From positions 64,001 to 128,000 of the forward strand of contig JAWXAQ010000033.1 of the NCBI GenBank assembly GCA_034439575.1: a stretch of DNA of 64,000 bases. The letters are read 5' to 3'. A program made the translations under genes and the position numbers. Under the pieces are notes generated by a model. It saw only the letters and a list, made by a program, of their open reading frames with translations. It was not told the origin of the DNA and made no database searches. This document shows, one piece after another, positions 19,162 through 30,779 of this stretch. Origin of the DNA: Leptospira sp. (lineage in GTDB: Bacteria > Spirochaetota > Leptospiria > Leptospirales > Leptospiraceae). Position 1 is the first letter of the stretch, and the number at the start of each line of letters is the position of its first letter.

Positions 19162-21354
19162 ATGGTTACCCTATTCAAAAATATATTTCAACCAAAGAAT
19201 TATAAAAAATTCTTTTTTTCATTTATCGTTTTATTTTCCTCAATTATTTTTTTTGTATCCTTTCGTATCTATTCAATCCAAGAACAGTATCGTATCGAAA
19301 TGAAAGACGCCGAATGGACTCGCGATCTTGAATTGTATTTATCATACTTAAAAGATGCCGAAACTGCAGAGAGAGGATACATACTCTCCGGAAAAGAAGT
19401 TTTTCTTGCTCCTTACTATGATGCGATTTCAAAATTTTCTCGTTTAGAATTAAATCTTCGATCGGGTGTACCCCCTCAATTGAGATCCCAATTGGAAGAA
19501 TTGTTTTTATATTCGAATGAAAAGAAGGCTTTCCTTCTTGAATTGATTGAACTTGTGAAAAACAAAAAAAATAATGAAGCATCAGTTCGATTTAACTCGC
19601 AAAGAGGAAGAGAATTAATGGACGTTATACGAATTAAAGTTTCTCTCATACTGAATGAAAAAATGAAAATGGATAAAGATTTTAAAAAGCAAAGTGAAAT
19701 TCAAAATGTAATCGCTTTTTCTTTTTCTCTCTTTGGTTTTATTTTTATATTATTTATACTTTATTGGATGATATTAATTATTTCAGAAAATAGTAAAATT
19801 AATCAAGATCGTGAATCCATTTTTAAAAAATTTGAAGAAATAGATGATCTTTTCCAAAATTCTCCAGTCGGTTTTCACTCTCTAGATACAAATGGATTGT
19901 ATTTAAAAATTAACAAAATGGGCCAAAGGTGGTTAGGTTATGATGAAAGTGATTTAATTGGAAAGAAAAAGTTTATAGAATTATTAACAGAAAAGAGTAG
20001 AGTGGAATTTCAAAACAATTTTCCAATTTTTAAAAAATTAGGAGCGATCGAAAGTTTACGATTTGAATTAATTAAAAAAAATGGCGAGATTTTAAATATC
20101 TTACTCTCTGCTACAGCGATCAATGATACGTCAGGAAACTTTCTTATGACGAGGTCAACATTTGTTGATATCACCGAATCAATAAAATATGAAAAGAATC
20201 TTCTTGAAGCGAAAAGGAAAGCAGAAGAAGCAAGTATTGCAAAGTCAGAATTTTTATCAAGCATGAGTCATGAGATAAGAACGCCCATGAATGCTGTGAT
20301 AGGTTTCGCTAATTTATTATTAGATGAATCGCCGATGCCAGAACATATCGAATATTTAAATAATTTGAAATTTTCCAGCGAAACATTATTGGCTTTGATA
20401 AATGATATATTAGATTTTAATAAAATTGAACAAAGAAAAGTTCTCATAGAGGAGATTCCATTTAGAATTGATTTACTTCTGAATTCCGTTATTGGATCGT
20501 TTAGTCAAAAATGTAATGAAAAAATGATAAATCTGAAAACTGATATAGCTGATAATTTTCCAAAAGTAATAAAAGGAGATCCAACTCGAATTTTACAAAT
20601 ATTAAATAATCTATTATCTAATGCGGTAAAATTTACACAAGTGGGAAGTATTTATCTAAAAGCTGTATTGATATCATCAACTGACGAAAAGTATACGATA
20701 CAATTTCGAGTTGAAGATTCTGGAATTGGAATCCCTGATTCAAAGCTAGATTCTATTTTTGATAAGTTTACACAAGTTGGCAGTGATACGACTAGAAGGT
20801 ATGGGGGTAGTGGGCTCGGACTTGCTATAGCGAAAGGATTGGTTGAGCTTATGGGTGGAAGTATTATTGTTTCTAGTCATGTAGGAAGTGGTACTACATT
20901 TACTTTTACTATCAATGTATTAAAATCAAACGAATCTCTAGAAGGTACTATATCAGTCAACTCAGGCAAATTTGAAAGAATGCCTGGTCTACGAGTATTG
21001 ATAGCAGATGATATACAAATTAATAGAGAAATTGTGAGTAAGTTTTTAATAAAATGGGGGATTGAAGTTTCACATGCAGAAAACGGAATGGATGTCTTAA
21101 GTAAGATTAAAGAATTTGAATATGATCTGATTCTAATGGATTTACATATGCCAGAGCTTGATGGTTATCAAACTACCATCAAGATCAGGGAAGGAACTCT
21201 ACAAAATCAAATTCCTATCATTGCCTTAACTGCTTCAGTCGAAATTCAAACTCAAGAGCGAATCAAAGAAATTGGAATGAATGATTTTATTTCTAAGCCA
21301 TTTATTCCAGCTGATTTACACCAAAAAATTTATAAAATATTTAATAAACAATGA
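19162..21354 (+). CDS. CHASE3-PAS hybrid histidine kinase with C-terminal receiver
   Basis: DAETAERGYILSG (CHASE3), SHEIRTPMN H-box, RRYGGSGLGL and DLILMDLHMP receiver. Confidence 0.92.
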   Translation: MVTLFKNIFQPKNYKKFFFSFIVLFSSIIFFVSFRIYSIQEQYRIEMKDAEWTRDLELYLSYLKDAETAERGYILSGKEVFLAPYYDAISKFSRLELNLRSGVPPQLRSQLEELFLYSNEKKAFLLELIELVKNKKNNEASVRFNSQRGRELMDVIRIKVSLILNEKMKMDKDFKKQSEIQNVIAFSFSLFGFIFILFILYWMILIISENSKINQDRESIFKKFEEIDDLFQNSPVGFHSLDTNGLYLKINKMGQRWLGYDESDLIGKKKFIELLTEKSRVEFQNNFPIFKKLGAIESLRFELIKKNGEILNILLSATAINDTSGNFLMTRSTFVDITESIKYEKNLLEAKRKAEEASIAKSEFLSSMSHEIRTPMNAVIGFANLLLDESPMPEHIEYLNNLKFSSETLLALINDILDFNKIEQRKVLIEEIPFRIDLLLNSVIGSFSQKCNEKMINLKTDIADNFPKVIKGDPTRILQILNNLLSNAVKFTQVGSIYLKAVLISSTDEKYTIQFRVEDSGIGIPDSKLDSIFDKFTQVGSDTTRRYGGSGLGLAIAKGLVELMGGSIIVSSHVGSGTTFTFTINVLKSNESLEGTISVNSGKFERMPGLRVLIADDIQINREIVSKFLIKWGIEVSHAENGMDVLSKIKEFEYDLILMDLHMPELDGYQTTIKIREGTLQNQIPIIALTASVEIQTQERIKEIGMNDFISKPFIPADLHQKIYKIFNKQ

Positions 21355-21361
21355 TATAAGT

Positions 21362-23287
21362 TTATACCTTTTTGTTTAGGTCAAGAGCAAAGATAGTTAT
21401 ATCATCATCAGCTCGTTTGTATTTTGAAAATCGAAACACTTCACCTACCACTCGATCACATAAAGATTGAGGATCTAAATCTATGTTTTCCATTAATAAA
21501 GTTGTAAATCGCTCTTCGCCAAACAATTCATCATTACTCGGATCTCTCGCTTCTAATACTCCATCAGTGTATAATACGATTTTTCCTTTAGTGGGTAGAT
21601 CAAATTGTAGTTCTTTCAATTTAAGTGGTATAAATTCTGTGATCGCCTTTCCTTGTGAGGTGATAAATTCTGCGGGCATTTCTGGACGCAATAAAATGAG
21701 TGGATGATGGCCCGCATTCGCTACTTTAAAAATTCCATTCTTGGGATTCACATAAAGAAATATGGCACTGAGGAAATGGCCTGATAAATTTTCGATGAGT
21801 GACAATCGCATTTTTTCTGCGGCTTTTGCTGGTTCTGCAAGTTCCGATGCCCATAATTGTAACGATACTTTAGCCATACTAGCGATCATAGCAGCTGCGA
21901 TTCCATGACCTGATACATCACACAAAAAAACACCAAAACCATCATCATCTTCTAAAAATTGGACGAAGTCTCCGCCAATATCAGAGGTAGGTAAATATCT
22001 AAAACCAATGGGATATCCTTTTAAATGAGTTCTATGTTTGGGCAAAAGATCTTTTTGAAGTTTCTTTGCCACTTTCAATTGCATGTCGATTTCTTGTTTG
22101 TCTTCGTGTTCTTTTCTAAAATCACTCACTCGTAACATCAATGCGACTGCTAACAACATAATCATAACGGCTGAACCCATTGGTAAACTGTAAGTGGCTG
22201 CAGTAAGAGGGATCACCCATCCTTGAATTGTAGTAACATTGATAGCAGCACCAACTAACATAGACCCTAATGCAAAGAAAAAGAGATAATTCTCAGATTT
22301 CCGTGGATCTTTTAATATTGCATACATAGCAAGATAAATGCCCCAGAGAATAGGTATGATTACCATCGTTATGGCCGTATCAATATAAGTTCGAATGTCA
22401 ATAAATAGAATACTTGGCATTAATAATAACATGATACCAATCATGATCTTTGTAAATTTATAATGTTTTTCGCCCTGGTTTTCTAAATCTAAAAATTCTG
22501 CTGTAAATAGTAGGCCAAAAATTCCCGTGATATAAATACTTAGTGGGAATAAATAATTTTTCCATGTATGTGAATTTCCAATTTCAATGTATTGAATGAA
22601 ACCAGTTGAGAAAAGTGTAACAAGAATAACCGAACCTAAATAAAAGAAGTAAAAGAAGAATTGACGATAACGTAAGCTATACGATAGAAATAATGAATAA
22701 AAAAACATCATACCTCCAGCTCCGAAATATGCCGCAAAAAAAATATCATTCATTTTTGAATAAGATAAGAATGATTTTGAGTTATGAATAGAGATAAAGG
22801 AGAATAGGGGGTTTTCAGATTCTATTTTTATATAAAGTATTTTTATTTCCCCTGGATATAAAATTAAAGGAAATGCTGGAATGTGTGAAAAAAGAGATTT
22901 TTCTTTCATGAATATCTGTTCGCCAGCTAACATGTTTACCCATTTGTTTTTGGATTGATAAAATAATTCATATCTATCGATCACAGGACTTGAAAATAGT
23001 AAGTAAAAAGTTTCCGCTTGTTTACCTGTATGTTCCAAAATCAATTTAAACCAGACAGGGTTTTTTTCTGACGGGAAATGCATGGTTTCATTCGTATTGG
23101 TTTGCCAATTGGCACTCTCACTTAGTACTTTGGATAAATTGGATTCTGATTTTGGTAATATCAGATATTCAATTTGTTTTCCCAAGTTCAGAGAATCTTT
23201 ATTCTCATTTAATAATATTGTCTCAGCATTTAACGCGTAACTAAAAAATAATATAAGACAACTATAAATTACTGTTTTATTACACAT
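21362..23287 (-). CDS. 7TMR-DISM sensor fused to a SpoIIE/PP2C phosphatase
   Basis: Extracellular DISM domain, 7 TM helices, GGDF, DVSGHG, NAGH, YTDG and DDIT. The start is moved to ATG 23287, which overlaps the upstream TGA (TGATG) and begins a signal peptide. Confidence 0.9.
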   Translation of the reverse strand: MCNKTVIYSCLILFFSYALNAETILLNENKDSLNLGKQIEYLILPKSESNLSKVLSESANWQTNTNETMHFPSEKNPVWFKLILEHTGKQAETFYLLFSSPVIDRYELFYQSKNKWVNMLAGEQIFMKEKSLFSHIPAFPLILYPGEIKILYIKIESENPLFSFISIHNSKSFLSYSKMNDIFFAAYFGAGGMMFFYSLFLSYSLRYRQFFFYFFYLGSVILVTLFSTGFIQYIEIGNSHTWKNYLFPLSIYITGIFGLLFTAEFLDLENQGEKHYKFTKIMIGIMLLLMPSILFIDIRTYIDTAITMVIIPILWGIYLAMYAILKDPRKSENYLFFFALGSMLVGAAINVTTIQGWVIPLTAATYSLPMGSAVMIMLLAVALMLRVSDFRKEHEDKQEIDMQLKVAKKLQKDLLPKHRTHLKGYPIGFRYLPTSDIGGDFVQFLEDDDGFGVFLCDVSGHGIAAAMIASMAKVSLQLWASELAEPAKAAEKMRLSLIENLSGHFLSAIFLYVNPKNGIFKVANAGHHPLILLRPEMPAEFITSQGKAITEFIPLKLKELQFDLPTKGKIVLYTDGVLEARDPSNDELFGEERFTTLLMENIDLDPQSLCDRVVGEVFRFSKYKRADDDITIFALDLNKKV

Positions 23288-24717
23288 CAATAAGAGCTTC
23301 CCGCCCCACCTCCACCAGACCGACCACCTCCCCAGGAGCCACTTGATCCACCACTTGTCCAAGAGCCACTGCCACTGGATGAACCCCCATAACTATTAGA
23401 ACTATTGGACGGTTTTGTTAATTTGGGAGTTGTGACTTTTCTAGTTTCGCTATGATGGCAATGGGCACATTCATCATGATGTATTTCCTCACCCCCATGT
23501 TCATAATTCGCGCTTCTAATTACTTTAACACTAACATTGCGAAAAGTTTCAAAGCCACATTTTTTACATTTGGAGGCTGGGGAATTTCCACTATATTTTT
23601 CTTTCAGTATTTTATCGCACGAATTGCAAAACCAAATATCATAATCAACCGATTGGATTTTTTCTTCCGTTCGTTCGCCAGCTGATAAATGTTTGTCGTC
23701 CTCCATTTCATTTAATTTTTTCATTTTAGATTTGCAATCGGGACAAATTCTAGTATTGTTTCTTAATTTGTTTTTGATCCATTTGTTTCCAGAATACAAC
23801 AATAGACCAATTGGCAAAAGGTTTATAAGTGAATAAGTTGTTTCCCCTTCACTAAATTCAATTATACTCATGAATGCACTAGCGCCAATGCCCGATATCC
23901 AGCTTATACTTTGACCAAACATTGCATAGAGTCTATAAAGTGAATGATTACCGAATGGTAAAAAGGAAAAAATTAGTCCAATGATTAGAGTCATGCTCAT
24001 CAAAATAATCCCTAACCAGAAATAGAAAAATTCTTTGAAACTTCCCATGGGATTTAAAAAATGTCTTTTTAAAATACCAGGAGCGAATTGATGCTCATCG
24101 TCCAAATTCTGGAAACTGATGTTTGACTTTTGAGAATAGGTATCCATTGGCAGATCATTAAAGTCAAATTTAGCCTCTGAAATATTTAACTTATCGTTCA
24201 AATTTTTATCAGGGTATCTGATAGCATTTGCTAAAAGATAAACTCCCATTGTAATCCCTAGAGAAAATTTATTTAATTTAAAGTTTGGAATGATTTGTTC
24301 ATCTAATATCCGTTTGCATAAAATGTCAGGCAATATTCCTTCATTTCCATAGCCGGTTTCTATTTCTACACGTCTTTGATCTATGATGTGTAAGAGTAAT
24401 ACACCATTGTCTTTCCCCTGTTTGCCTATTCCCCAAACTTCAAATAGGCGGACAGCAAATTCTTTAGGAGTTTCGGAGCCTATACTTGGTAAGGTGACAA
24501 CTGCTATCTCGGCTCCGGTTTCTGTTTCTAAAGTTGAAATCATATGATTAATTTCAGGTAATGCCCCAGAATCTGTTAGGTAACCGACTCCGTCATAAAC
24601 CCAAGCTCCCGATAATCTGGGATTTTCTACATTTTTAATTCGCTCATCCATTGATTGAGAATGAATTGTTGTCAGTGAGACAAAGAGAAAAAGTAAGATC
24701 AGTCGTTTGTGCATCAA
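23287..24717 (-). CDS. TPM-domain membrane protein with four CxxC motifs and a Gly/Ser-rich tail
   Basis: EIAVVT...WGIG...DNGVLL...IETGYG.EG.LPD TPM signature; CPDC, CNSC, CKKC and CAHC; WGGGRSGGGGAGSSY end. Confidence 0.88.
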   Translation of the reverse strand: MMHKRLILLFLFVSLTTIHSQSMDERIKNVENPRLSGAWVYDGVGYLTDSGALPEINHMISTLETETGAEIAVVTLPSIGSETPKEFAVRLFEVWGIGKQGKDNGVLLLHIIDQRRVEIETGYGNEGILPDILCKRILDEQIIPNFKLNKFSLGITMGVYLLANAIRYPDKNLNDKLNISEAKFDFNDLPMDTYSQKSNISFQNLDDEHQFAPGILKRHFLNPMGSFKEFFYFWLGIILMSMTLIIGLIFSFLPFGNHSLYRLYAMFGQSISWISGIGASAFMSIIEFSEGETTYSLINLLPIGLLLYSGNKWIKNKLRNNTRICPDCKSKMKKLNEMEDDKHLSAGERTEEKIQSVDYDIWFCNSCDKILKEKYSGNSPASKCKKCGFETFRNVSVKVIRSANYEHGGEEIHHDECAHCHHSETRKVTTPKLTKPSNSSNSYGGSSSGSGSWTSGGSSGSWGGGRSGGGGAGSSY

Positions 24718-24791
24718 GGGAATTCTTACAGAAATATTTGATTGTAAAAGTCATTTCTCCATTAAAAGGCTAGAAAATGGGGAAAAAAAAG

Positions 24792-24820
24792 TTGAGAAAA
24801 CAAGGTATTAGCAGTCTAAT
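24792..24820 (+). promoter_or_regulatory. Sigma-70 promoter of clpB
   Basis: TTGAGA-N17-TCTAAT, overlapping the CIRCE. Confidence 0.6.
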
Positions 24821-24834
24821 GCTTAGAGTGCTAA
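24808..24834. promoter_or_regulatory. CIRCE element (HrcA operator)
   Basis: TTAGCAGTC-N9-GAGTGCTAA, one mismatch to TTAGCACTC-N9-GAGTGCTAA, 15 nt before the clpB ATG. Confidence 0.9.
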
Positions 24835-24849
24835 AAGAGGAAAGACTAT

Positions 24850-27240
24850 ATGAAACAATTTGATACAACCGTTCAGGGAGCTTTGGATATCGCGCAAACA
24901 GATGCAATTCGGCGCAAAAATACGGAAATCTCTCCTTTACATTTATTTTACGGGCTTATGTCCCATCCTTCCTCCTTTACGAGCCAAAATTTATCTAAAT
25001 ACAAGGTTCGTGTGGACGAAGCCTTGGCAAAACTTCCAAAGTCCGTAACTGAGGTTAGCTTTGAAAATCTCAGAACATCTGGGAAACTTAGCCAATGGAT
25101 CACAATGGCTTCTTCCCGCGCCGCAGAAAATGCTCGGGAGGAAATCAAAGAGGCTGACTTACTAAAATTTTTACCGAATATTTTGCCTGAGTTAAAAATT
25201 GATTACAATGATTTGAATGTGAAAGAGACGGATGAAGAGATTCCTGACTTTTTAATCAATCTGAACGAAGAGGCGAAGGCGGGAAAATTAGATCCAGTCA
25301 TTGGAAGGACAAAAGAAATTCGTTCTGTTATGGAAATTTTGGGACGAAGAAGTAAAAACAATCCAGTGTTAGTTGGCTCTGCAGGTGTGGGTAAAACAGC
25401 CATTGTTGAAGGACTTGCAGAACAAATCGTAAAAGGAAAAGTCCCAGATGTTTTGAAAGGAAAAACAGTATATTCACTTGATATGGGTCAACTCATGGCT
25501 GGTACAAAATATCGAGGAGACTTTGAAGAAAAAATACAACATCTACTAAGATTCGTTAAGGCGCAAGCGGGTGAAGTCATTCTGTTTATAGATGAAATCC
25601 ACCAGTTAGTTGGTGCAGGTCGTACTGAAGGTGCAATGGATGCGGCAAATTTACTGAAACCAGCCCTTGCTCGTGGGGACTTACATTGTATAGGTGCCAC
25701 AACACCAGAAGAATTCCAAAAATACATTCTTGGTGATGCGGCCCTTGAGCGAAGATTTCGATCTGTTCCTGTAAACGAACCTTCAAAAGAAGATGCCATT
25801 GAAATTCTTATGGGAATCAGAGATAAACATGAAATTCATCACGGTATTAAAATATCCGATGATGCAGTGTATTCTGCTGTATTTTTATCAGATCAGTACA
25901 TCACAGATAAAAACCTTCCAGATAAGGCCATTGATTTAGTAGATGAAGCGGCTTCAGCTTTAAAACTTTCTGCGGAAGCGATGCCTGCCCATTTGGTAGA
26001 ACTCGAAAGTGAAATCAGATCTAAAAAGATTTATGCACAAGTAGAAAAGAAAAACGATGAAATATTGAAAGAAATCGAAGTGCTTGAAGTGAAGTTTAAT
26101 TCTGGTAAGGCGGAATGGGAAAAAGAAGTAAATTCTTTGAAACAAATGGCTTCTATTAAGAATAAAATTGAAAGAGTCAAATTTGATTTAGAAAGTGCGG
26201 AAGCTAGAGCTGATTACACCGAAGCCTCCAGATTAAAATTTGCGGTATTACCTGAACTTGAAAAAGAACTAGGTGCCTTTCAAAATATTTGGATATTAGG
26301 TAGTAATCATATTGCAAGTGTTATCTCTAGGCAAACGGGAATCCCCGTTGAGAAAATACTTAAAACCAAACAAGAGAATATTCTCGAATTGGAAAGCCAA
26401 TTGAACCAAACTGTATTTGGCCAGAAAGAAGCTTTAAAAGAAATCGCAGATACTCTTCTTACAAGTTATGCGGGCATTTCTTCCGAAAATCGACCTTTGG
26501 GTAGCTTTTTATTAAAAGGACCGACTGGTGTTGGAAAAACAGAAACAGCTAAGGCACTGGCTAAGTATCTTTTTGATAGCGAGTCAAATTTGGTTCGCCT
26601 TGATTTATCTGAGTATTCGGAAAAACATTCAGTAGCTAAACTGATTGGATCTCCAGCAGGGTATGTAGGATATGAAGAAGGTGGGATACTAACCGAGGCC
26701 ATTCGAAGAAAACCATATTCTGTGGTTTTATTTGATGAAATCGAAAAAGCTCATCCTGACTTTTCGGATATACTTTTACAAATTTTGGATGATGGGCGGT
26801 TGACGGATAACAAAGGTAGGACGATTAATTTTCGAAATACCATTATCTTGTTAACGACGAATTCAAAAGATATTCATGCTGATTTTAAACCAGAAGTTCT
26901 TGGAAGGTTAGACGGGATATTGACATACGCATCCATCGACTCATCGATAATGGAAAGATTAATTGAAAAACAAATTTCATTCTTGAATGAACGTTTGAAA
27001 GTAAAAGGAATCACAATTAAACTTTCGGAAAGTACGGAGCGTATTCTCACAGAACAGGGATATGATCCTAAATTTGGTGCACGTCCTCTAAACAATGTGT
27101 TCAACCGGATCGTGAATAGACCTTTATCCAAAGAGATTCTGGCTGGAAATATTGGCGAAGGGACATACCTTGCTGATTGGAACGAAAATGTTTTGAGTTT
27201 TAAACCAGTGGCGCAAGCCAAAGAACGTGTAAAAAAATAA
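24850..27240 (+). CDS. clpB: ClpB-family AAA+ disaggregase
   Basis: Two AAA+ modules ([12 protein letters not shown] and [12 protein letters not shown]), KYRG and GYVG pore loops, coiled-coil middle domain, GARPL. Confidence 0.88.
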   Translation: MKQFDTTVQGALDIAQTDAIRRKNTEISPLHLFYGLMSHPSSFTSQNLSKYKVRVDEALAKLPKSVTEVSFENLRTSGKLSQWITMASSRAAENAREEIKEADLLKFLPNILPELKIDYNDLNVKETDEEIPDFLINLNEEAKAGKLDPVIGRTKEIRSVMEILGRRSKNNPVLVGSAGVGKTAIVEGLAEQIVKGKVPDVLKGKTVYSLDMGQLMAGTKYRGDFEEKIQHLLRFVKAQAGEVILFIDEIHQLVGAGRTEGAMDAANLLKPALARGDLHCIGATTPEEFQKYILGDAALERRFRSVPVNEPSKEDAIEILMGIRDKHEIHHGIKISDDAVYSAVFLSDQYITDKNLPDKAIDLVDEAASALKLSAEAMPAHLVELESEIRSKKIYAQVEKKNDEILKEIEVLEVKFNSGKAEWEKEVNSLKQMASIKNKIERVKFDLESAEARADYTEASRLKFAVLPELEKELGAFQNIWILGSNHIASVISRQTGIPVEKILKTKQENILELESQLNQTVFGQKEALKEIADTLLTSYAGISSENRPLGSFLLKGPTGVGKTETAKALAKYLFDSESNLVRLDLSEYSEKHSVAKLIGSPAGYVGYEEGGILTEAIRRKPYSVVLFDEIEKAHPDFSDILLQILDDGRLTDNKGRTINFRNTIILLTTNSKDIHADFKPEVLGRLDGILTYASIDSSIMERLIEKQISFLNERLKVKGITIKLSESTERILTEQGYDPKFGARPLNNVFNRIVNRPLSKEILAGNIGEGTYLADWNENVLSFKPVAQAKERVKK

Positions 27241-27304
27241 AAAATCCCTTGGGCGTGACGGTTCTTTTTTGAATCCTCACGTCCAATTTTTTTGTCTAAA
27301 GCAT

Positions 27305-28138
27305 ATGCCATCACTCAAATCTATTTCTGATTCTACTTTCTCCACAAACCAGTCCATTTCTGTTCCTTCTCTCGGACTTGGAGTTTGGAAATCAAAACCT
27401 AAAGAATGTTATACAGCTGTGATGTCTGCCTTGGAAGCGGGATATCGGCATATTGATACTGCGGCTATTTATGGAAATGAAGCTGATGTAGGACAGGCCT
27501 TGAAAGATTCTGGAATTCCCAGGAATGAACTTTTTATTGTCACCAAACTTTGGAATGCTGACCAAGGTTACGATTCGGCATTGATAGCTATTGATAAATC
27601 ACTAAGCAAACTAGGATTAGATTATATTGATATGTATTTAATTCATTTTCCAGTGACGGAAAAAAGAAAAGATTCCTGGCGAGCTTTAGAAAAAATTAAA
27701 GAGTCTGGCAAAGCAAAGTCAGTCGGTGTCAGCAATTTTATGGTCAAACACCTTGAAGATTTACTCAAAGAAACTTCTTTAATCCCTGCTATGAACCAAG
27801 TGGAATTTCATCCTTTTTTAAATGATACTCAACTCTTAGATTATTGCAAAGAAAAAGGAATTTTGTTAGAGGCATACAGTCCACTTGCACATGGGAAAAA
27901 ATTGGAAGACCCAAAGGTTTCAGCAATGGCAAAAAAGTATAACAAAACAAATGCACAAATTTTGATTCGGTGGGCATTACAAAAAGGAATCGTCGTCATA
28001 CCTAAATCAGTAAATCCCATAAGAATTAAAGAAAATGGAAACGTCTTCGATTTTCAAATTTCAGAATCTGATATGAACGAAATGAACTCTTGGAATGAAA
28101 ATTTTAGAACTTGCTGGGATCCAACTGAGGTTAGTTAG
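27305..28138 (+). CDS. Aldo/keto reductase
   Basis: [35 protein letters not shown] and IPKS motifs; ATG 27305 preferred as the start. Confidence 0.93.
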   Translation: MPSLKSISDSTFSTNQSISVPSLGLGVWKSKPKECYTAVMSALEAGYRHIDTAAIYGNEADVGQALKDSGIPRNELFIVTKLWNADQGYDSALIAIDKSLSKLGLDYIDMYLIHFPVTEKRKDSWRALEKIKESGKAKSVGVSNFMVKHLEDLLKETSLIPAMNQVEFHPFLNDTQLLDYCKEKGILLEAYSPLAHGKKLEDPKVSAMAKKYNKTNAQILIRWALQKGIVVIPKSVNPIRIKENGNVFDFQISESDMNEMNSWNENFRTCWDPTEVS

Positions 28139-29201
28139 TTTTTTTCTTAATAACCAAAATCACGGATTTGCTCACATCTTTTGAACCGAGCACCCCATAG
28201 CCAAAAGGGAAGGGCAGTGGTTCATTTTTGAATCTTTCGTTTAGTAATTTCATTTCCGATTGAGATTCTGGTTCGACTGCACCAGAAAGATTCCAGGATT
28301 TATCATACTTCCCATATAGAGTTTTTGTCCAATCCGTATCTGGAAATAATCTGAGTGGAAATCCTGAATCGTCTTGGACGATTTCTTTTGTATCTTTTAG
28401 TAATAGATTTCGGAAAGTCGATCGTCTTTCACCATGAAACAGGTATTCGGCGGATTTAGTAAATATAGCTTTTTCCCCTAAATTAGAAAAATATTCATAA
28501 AGTCCATCACCTGGGATTCCTTCTTTTCCAGTCAGAAATATTTTGTAATAAGTAAGAGATTGATTTTTTTGGAGAATTGGATCATACATTACAATTGTAA
28601 ATCCATAATAAGAATTTACTTGTCCATTGATCATTTCACTTTTTGTATCTATTATTTCTTTCCCTAACCTTCTTAGGAAAGCAACAAATACTGGATAGGC
28701 GCCAGAGAGTTCTGGTTTTTTTGTTTCTTCCTTCATTTTTCGATACGTAAAATAATTTCTTCCCGCCAAATGGGATGATAGATTCTCAATGCCTTCTAAA
28801 ATCACATTTTTTTCTTTATGATTTTTAATTTCCCAATCAAAAGGATATCCTGGGTCCTCTAGACCAAATAACACATAACGATCGGATTTTGGAAAAAAAG
28901 TAAATAGATTCAGGACATCAATTCCACTAAAAGGATATACGACCGTTTTTTGATTCACTTCGTATTTATTGTTTTGTAAAAATTTGCTAATTTCATTTCG
29001 TCTAACTAGCATTTGACCCCATGAGAGATCCATGTTTTGATTATGTTTTAAATTTTTTGATGCAGAAGAAAGTCCTGCCCACTCGTCATAATACTCAGAA
29101 TTTTTATTTGCTTCTATCGAAGGTTTGTTAGTTGCTGAAGAACATTGAATGAATAATAAAAAAAATATGAAACGGAAAATGAGAAGGGACTTGGTCGTCA
29201 T
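28131..29201 (-). CDS. Hypothetical lipoprotein
   Basis: Signal/lipobox FIQ-C; conserved-looking blocks YPFSG.D, KSAEYL, QDDSG.P and LPFPFGY. Confidence 0.75.
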   Translation of the reverse strand: MTTKSLLIFRFIFFLLFIQCSSATNKPSIEANKNSEYYDEWAGLSSASKNLKHNQNMDLSWGQMLVRRNEISKFLQNNKYEVNQKTVVYPFSGIDVLNLFTFFPKSDRYVLFGLEDPGYPFDWEIKNHKEKNVILEGIENLSSHLAGRNYFTYRKMKEETKKPELSGAYPVFVAFLRRLGKEIIDTKSEMINGQVNSYYGFTIVMYDPILQKNQSLTYYKIFLTGKEGIPGDGLYEYFSNLGEKAIFTKSAEYLFHGERRSTFRNLLLKDTKEIVQDDSGFPLRLFPDTDWTKTLYGKYDKSWNLSGAVEPESQSEMKLLNERFKNEPLPFPFGYGVLGSKDVSKSVILVIKKKTN

Positions 29202-29249
29202 ATTTACCAGAGAATCGAGATTCCTTTCTGGTTCAACATCTCTTCTGGA

Positions 29250-29288
29250 TAAAAAAAGACCGGGGCCGATATGGAATCGACTCCGGTC
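29250..29288 (-). terminator. Intrinsic terminator of recA
   Basis: Minus strand reads GACCGGAGTCGAT-tccat-ATCGGCCCCGGTC followed by T7. Confidence 0.8.
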
Positions 29289-29330
29289 AATGGTTCCTAA
29301 AAAGAAAGCCGTTTGATTTGAGGTAGCGGC

Positions 29331-30467
<1,137 letters not shown>

Positions 30468-30715
30468 ACTCGGTTCTATTTCTCCTAAAAGTGTCCGAAA
30501 GAACTAGGTTGGTAAATTTGAGGATTGGTCCCCTTAAAATATCCAACAACCAGTAAATTCCGAGAGTCCAGCTTTACCAGTATCTCTTTCGGAATTCGCA
30601 TCTTTTTCTCTTCCGTTCTGTGTCTGATTATGTCAGATAAGCGGGACAAAACAGAAAGTTTTAAAGATTTTTTTTCGAATTATGTCTTTTTCTAGAATCC
30701 AAAACTATTTCTCAA

Positions 30716-30731
30716 GTAAGTACCTGTATAG
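30716..30731. promoter_or_regulatory. Candidate LexA (SOS) operator between recA and xerC
   Basis: GTAAGTACCTGTATAG resembles the 16-bp imperfect palindrome ending TGTATAG that I recall for Leptospira LexA1 (from memory, not verified); it lies upstream of recA. Confidence 0.45.
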
Positions 30732-30779
30732 TAAAATTTTGAAAGAGAATTTGGAAAATTACGCCGATTTTAACCTTGT

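Noticed and set aside
23288-23362. Trp-rich N-terminal extension (MDKWWIKWLLGRWSVWWRW) of the SpoIIE ORF, resembling a Trp leader or antimicrobial peptide
   Set aside because: It is the out-of-frame reading of the upstream gene's Gly/Ser (GGT/GGA) tail; the real start is ATG 23287.
26874-27314. 146-aa antisense ORF and the many other short ORFs nested in or antisense to long genes
   Set aside because: Shadow frames of well-supported genes, with no motifs or RBS.
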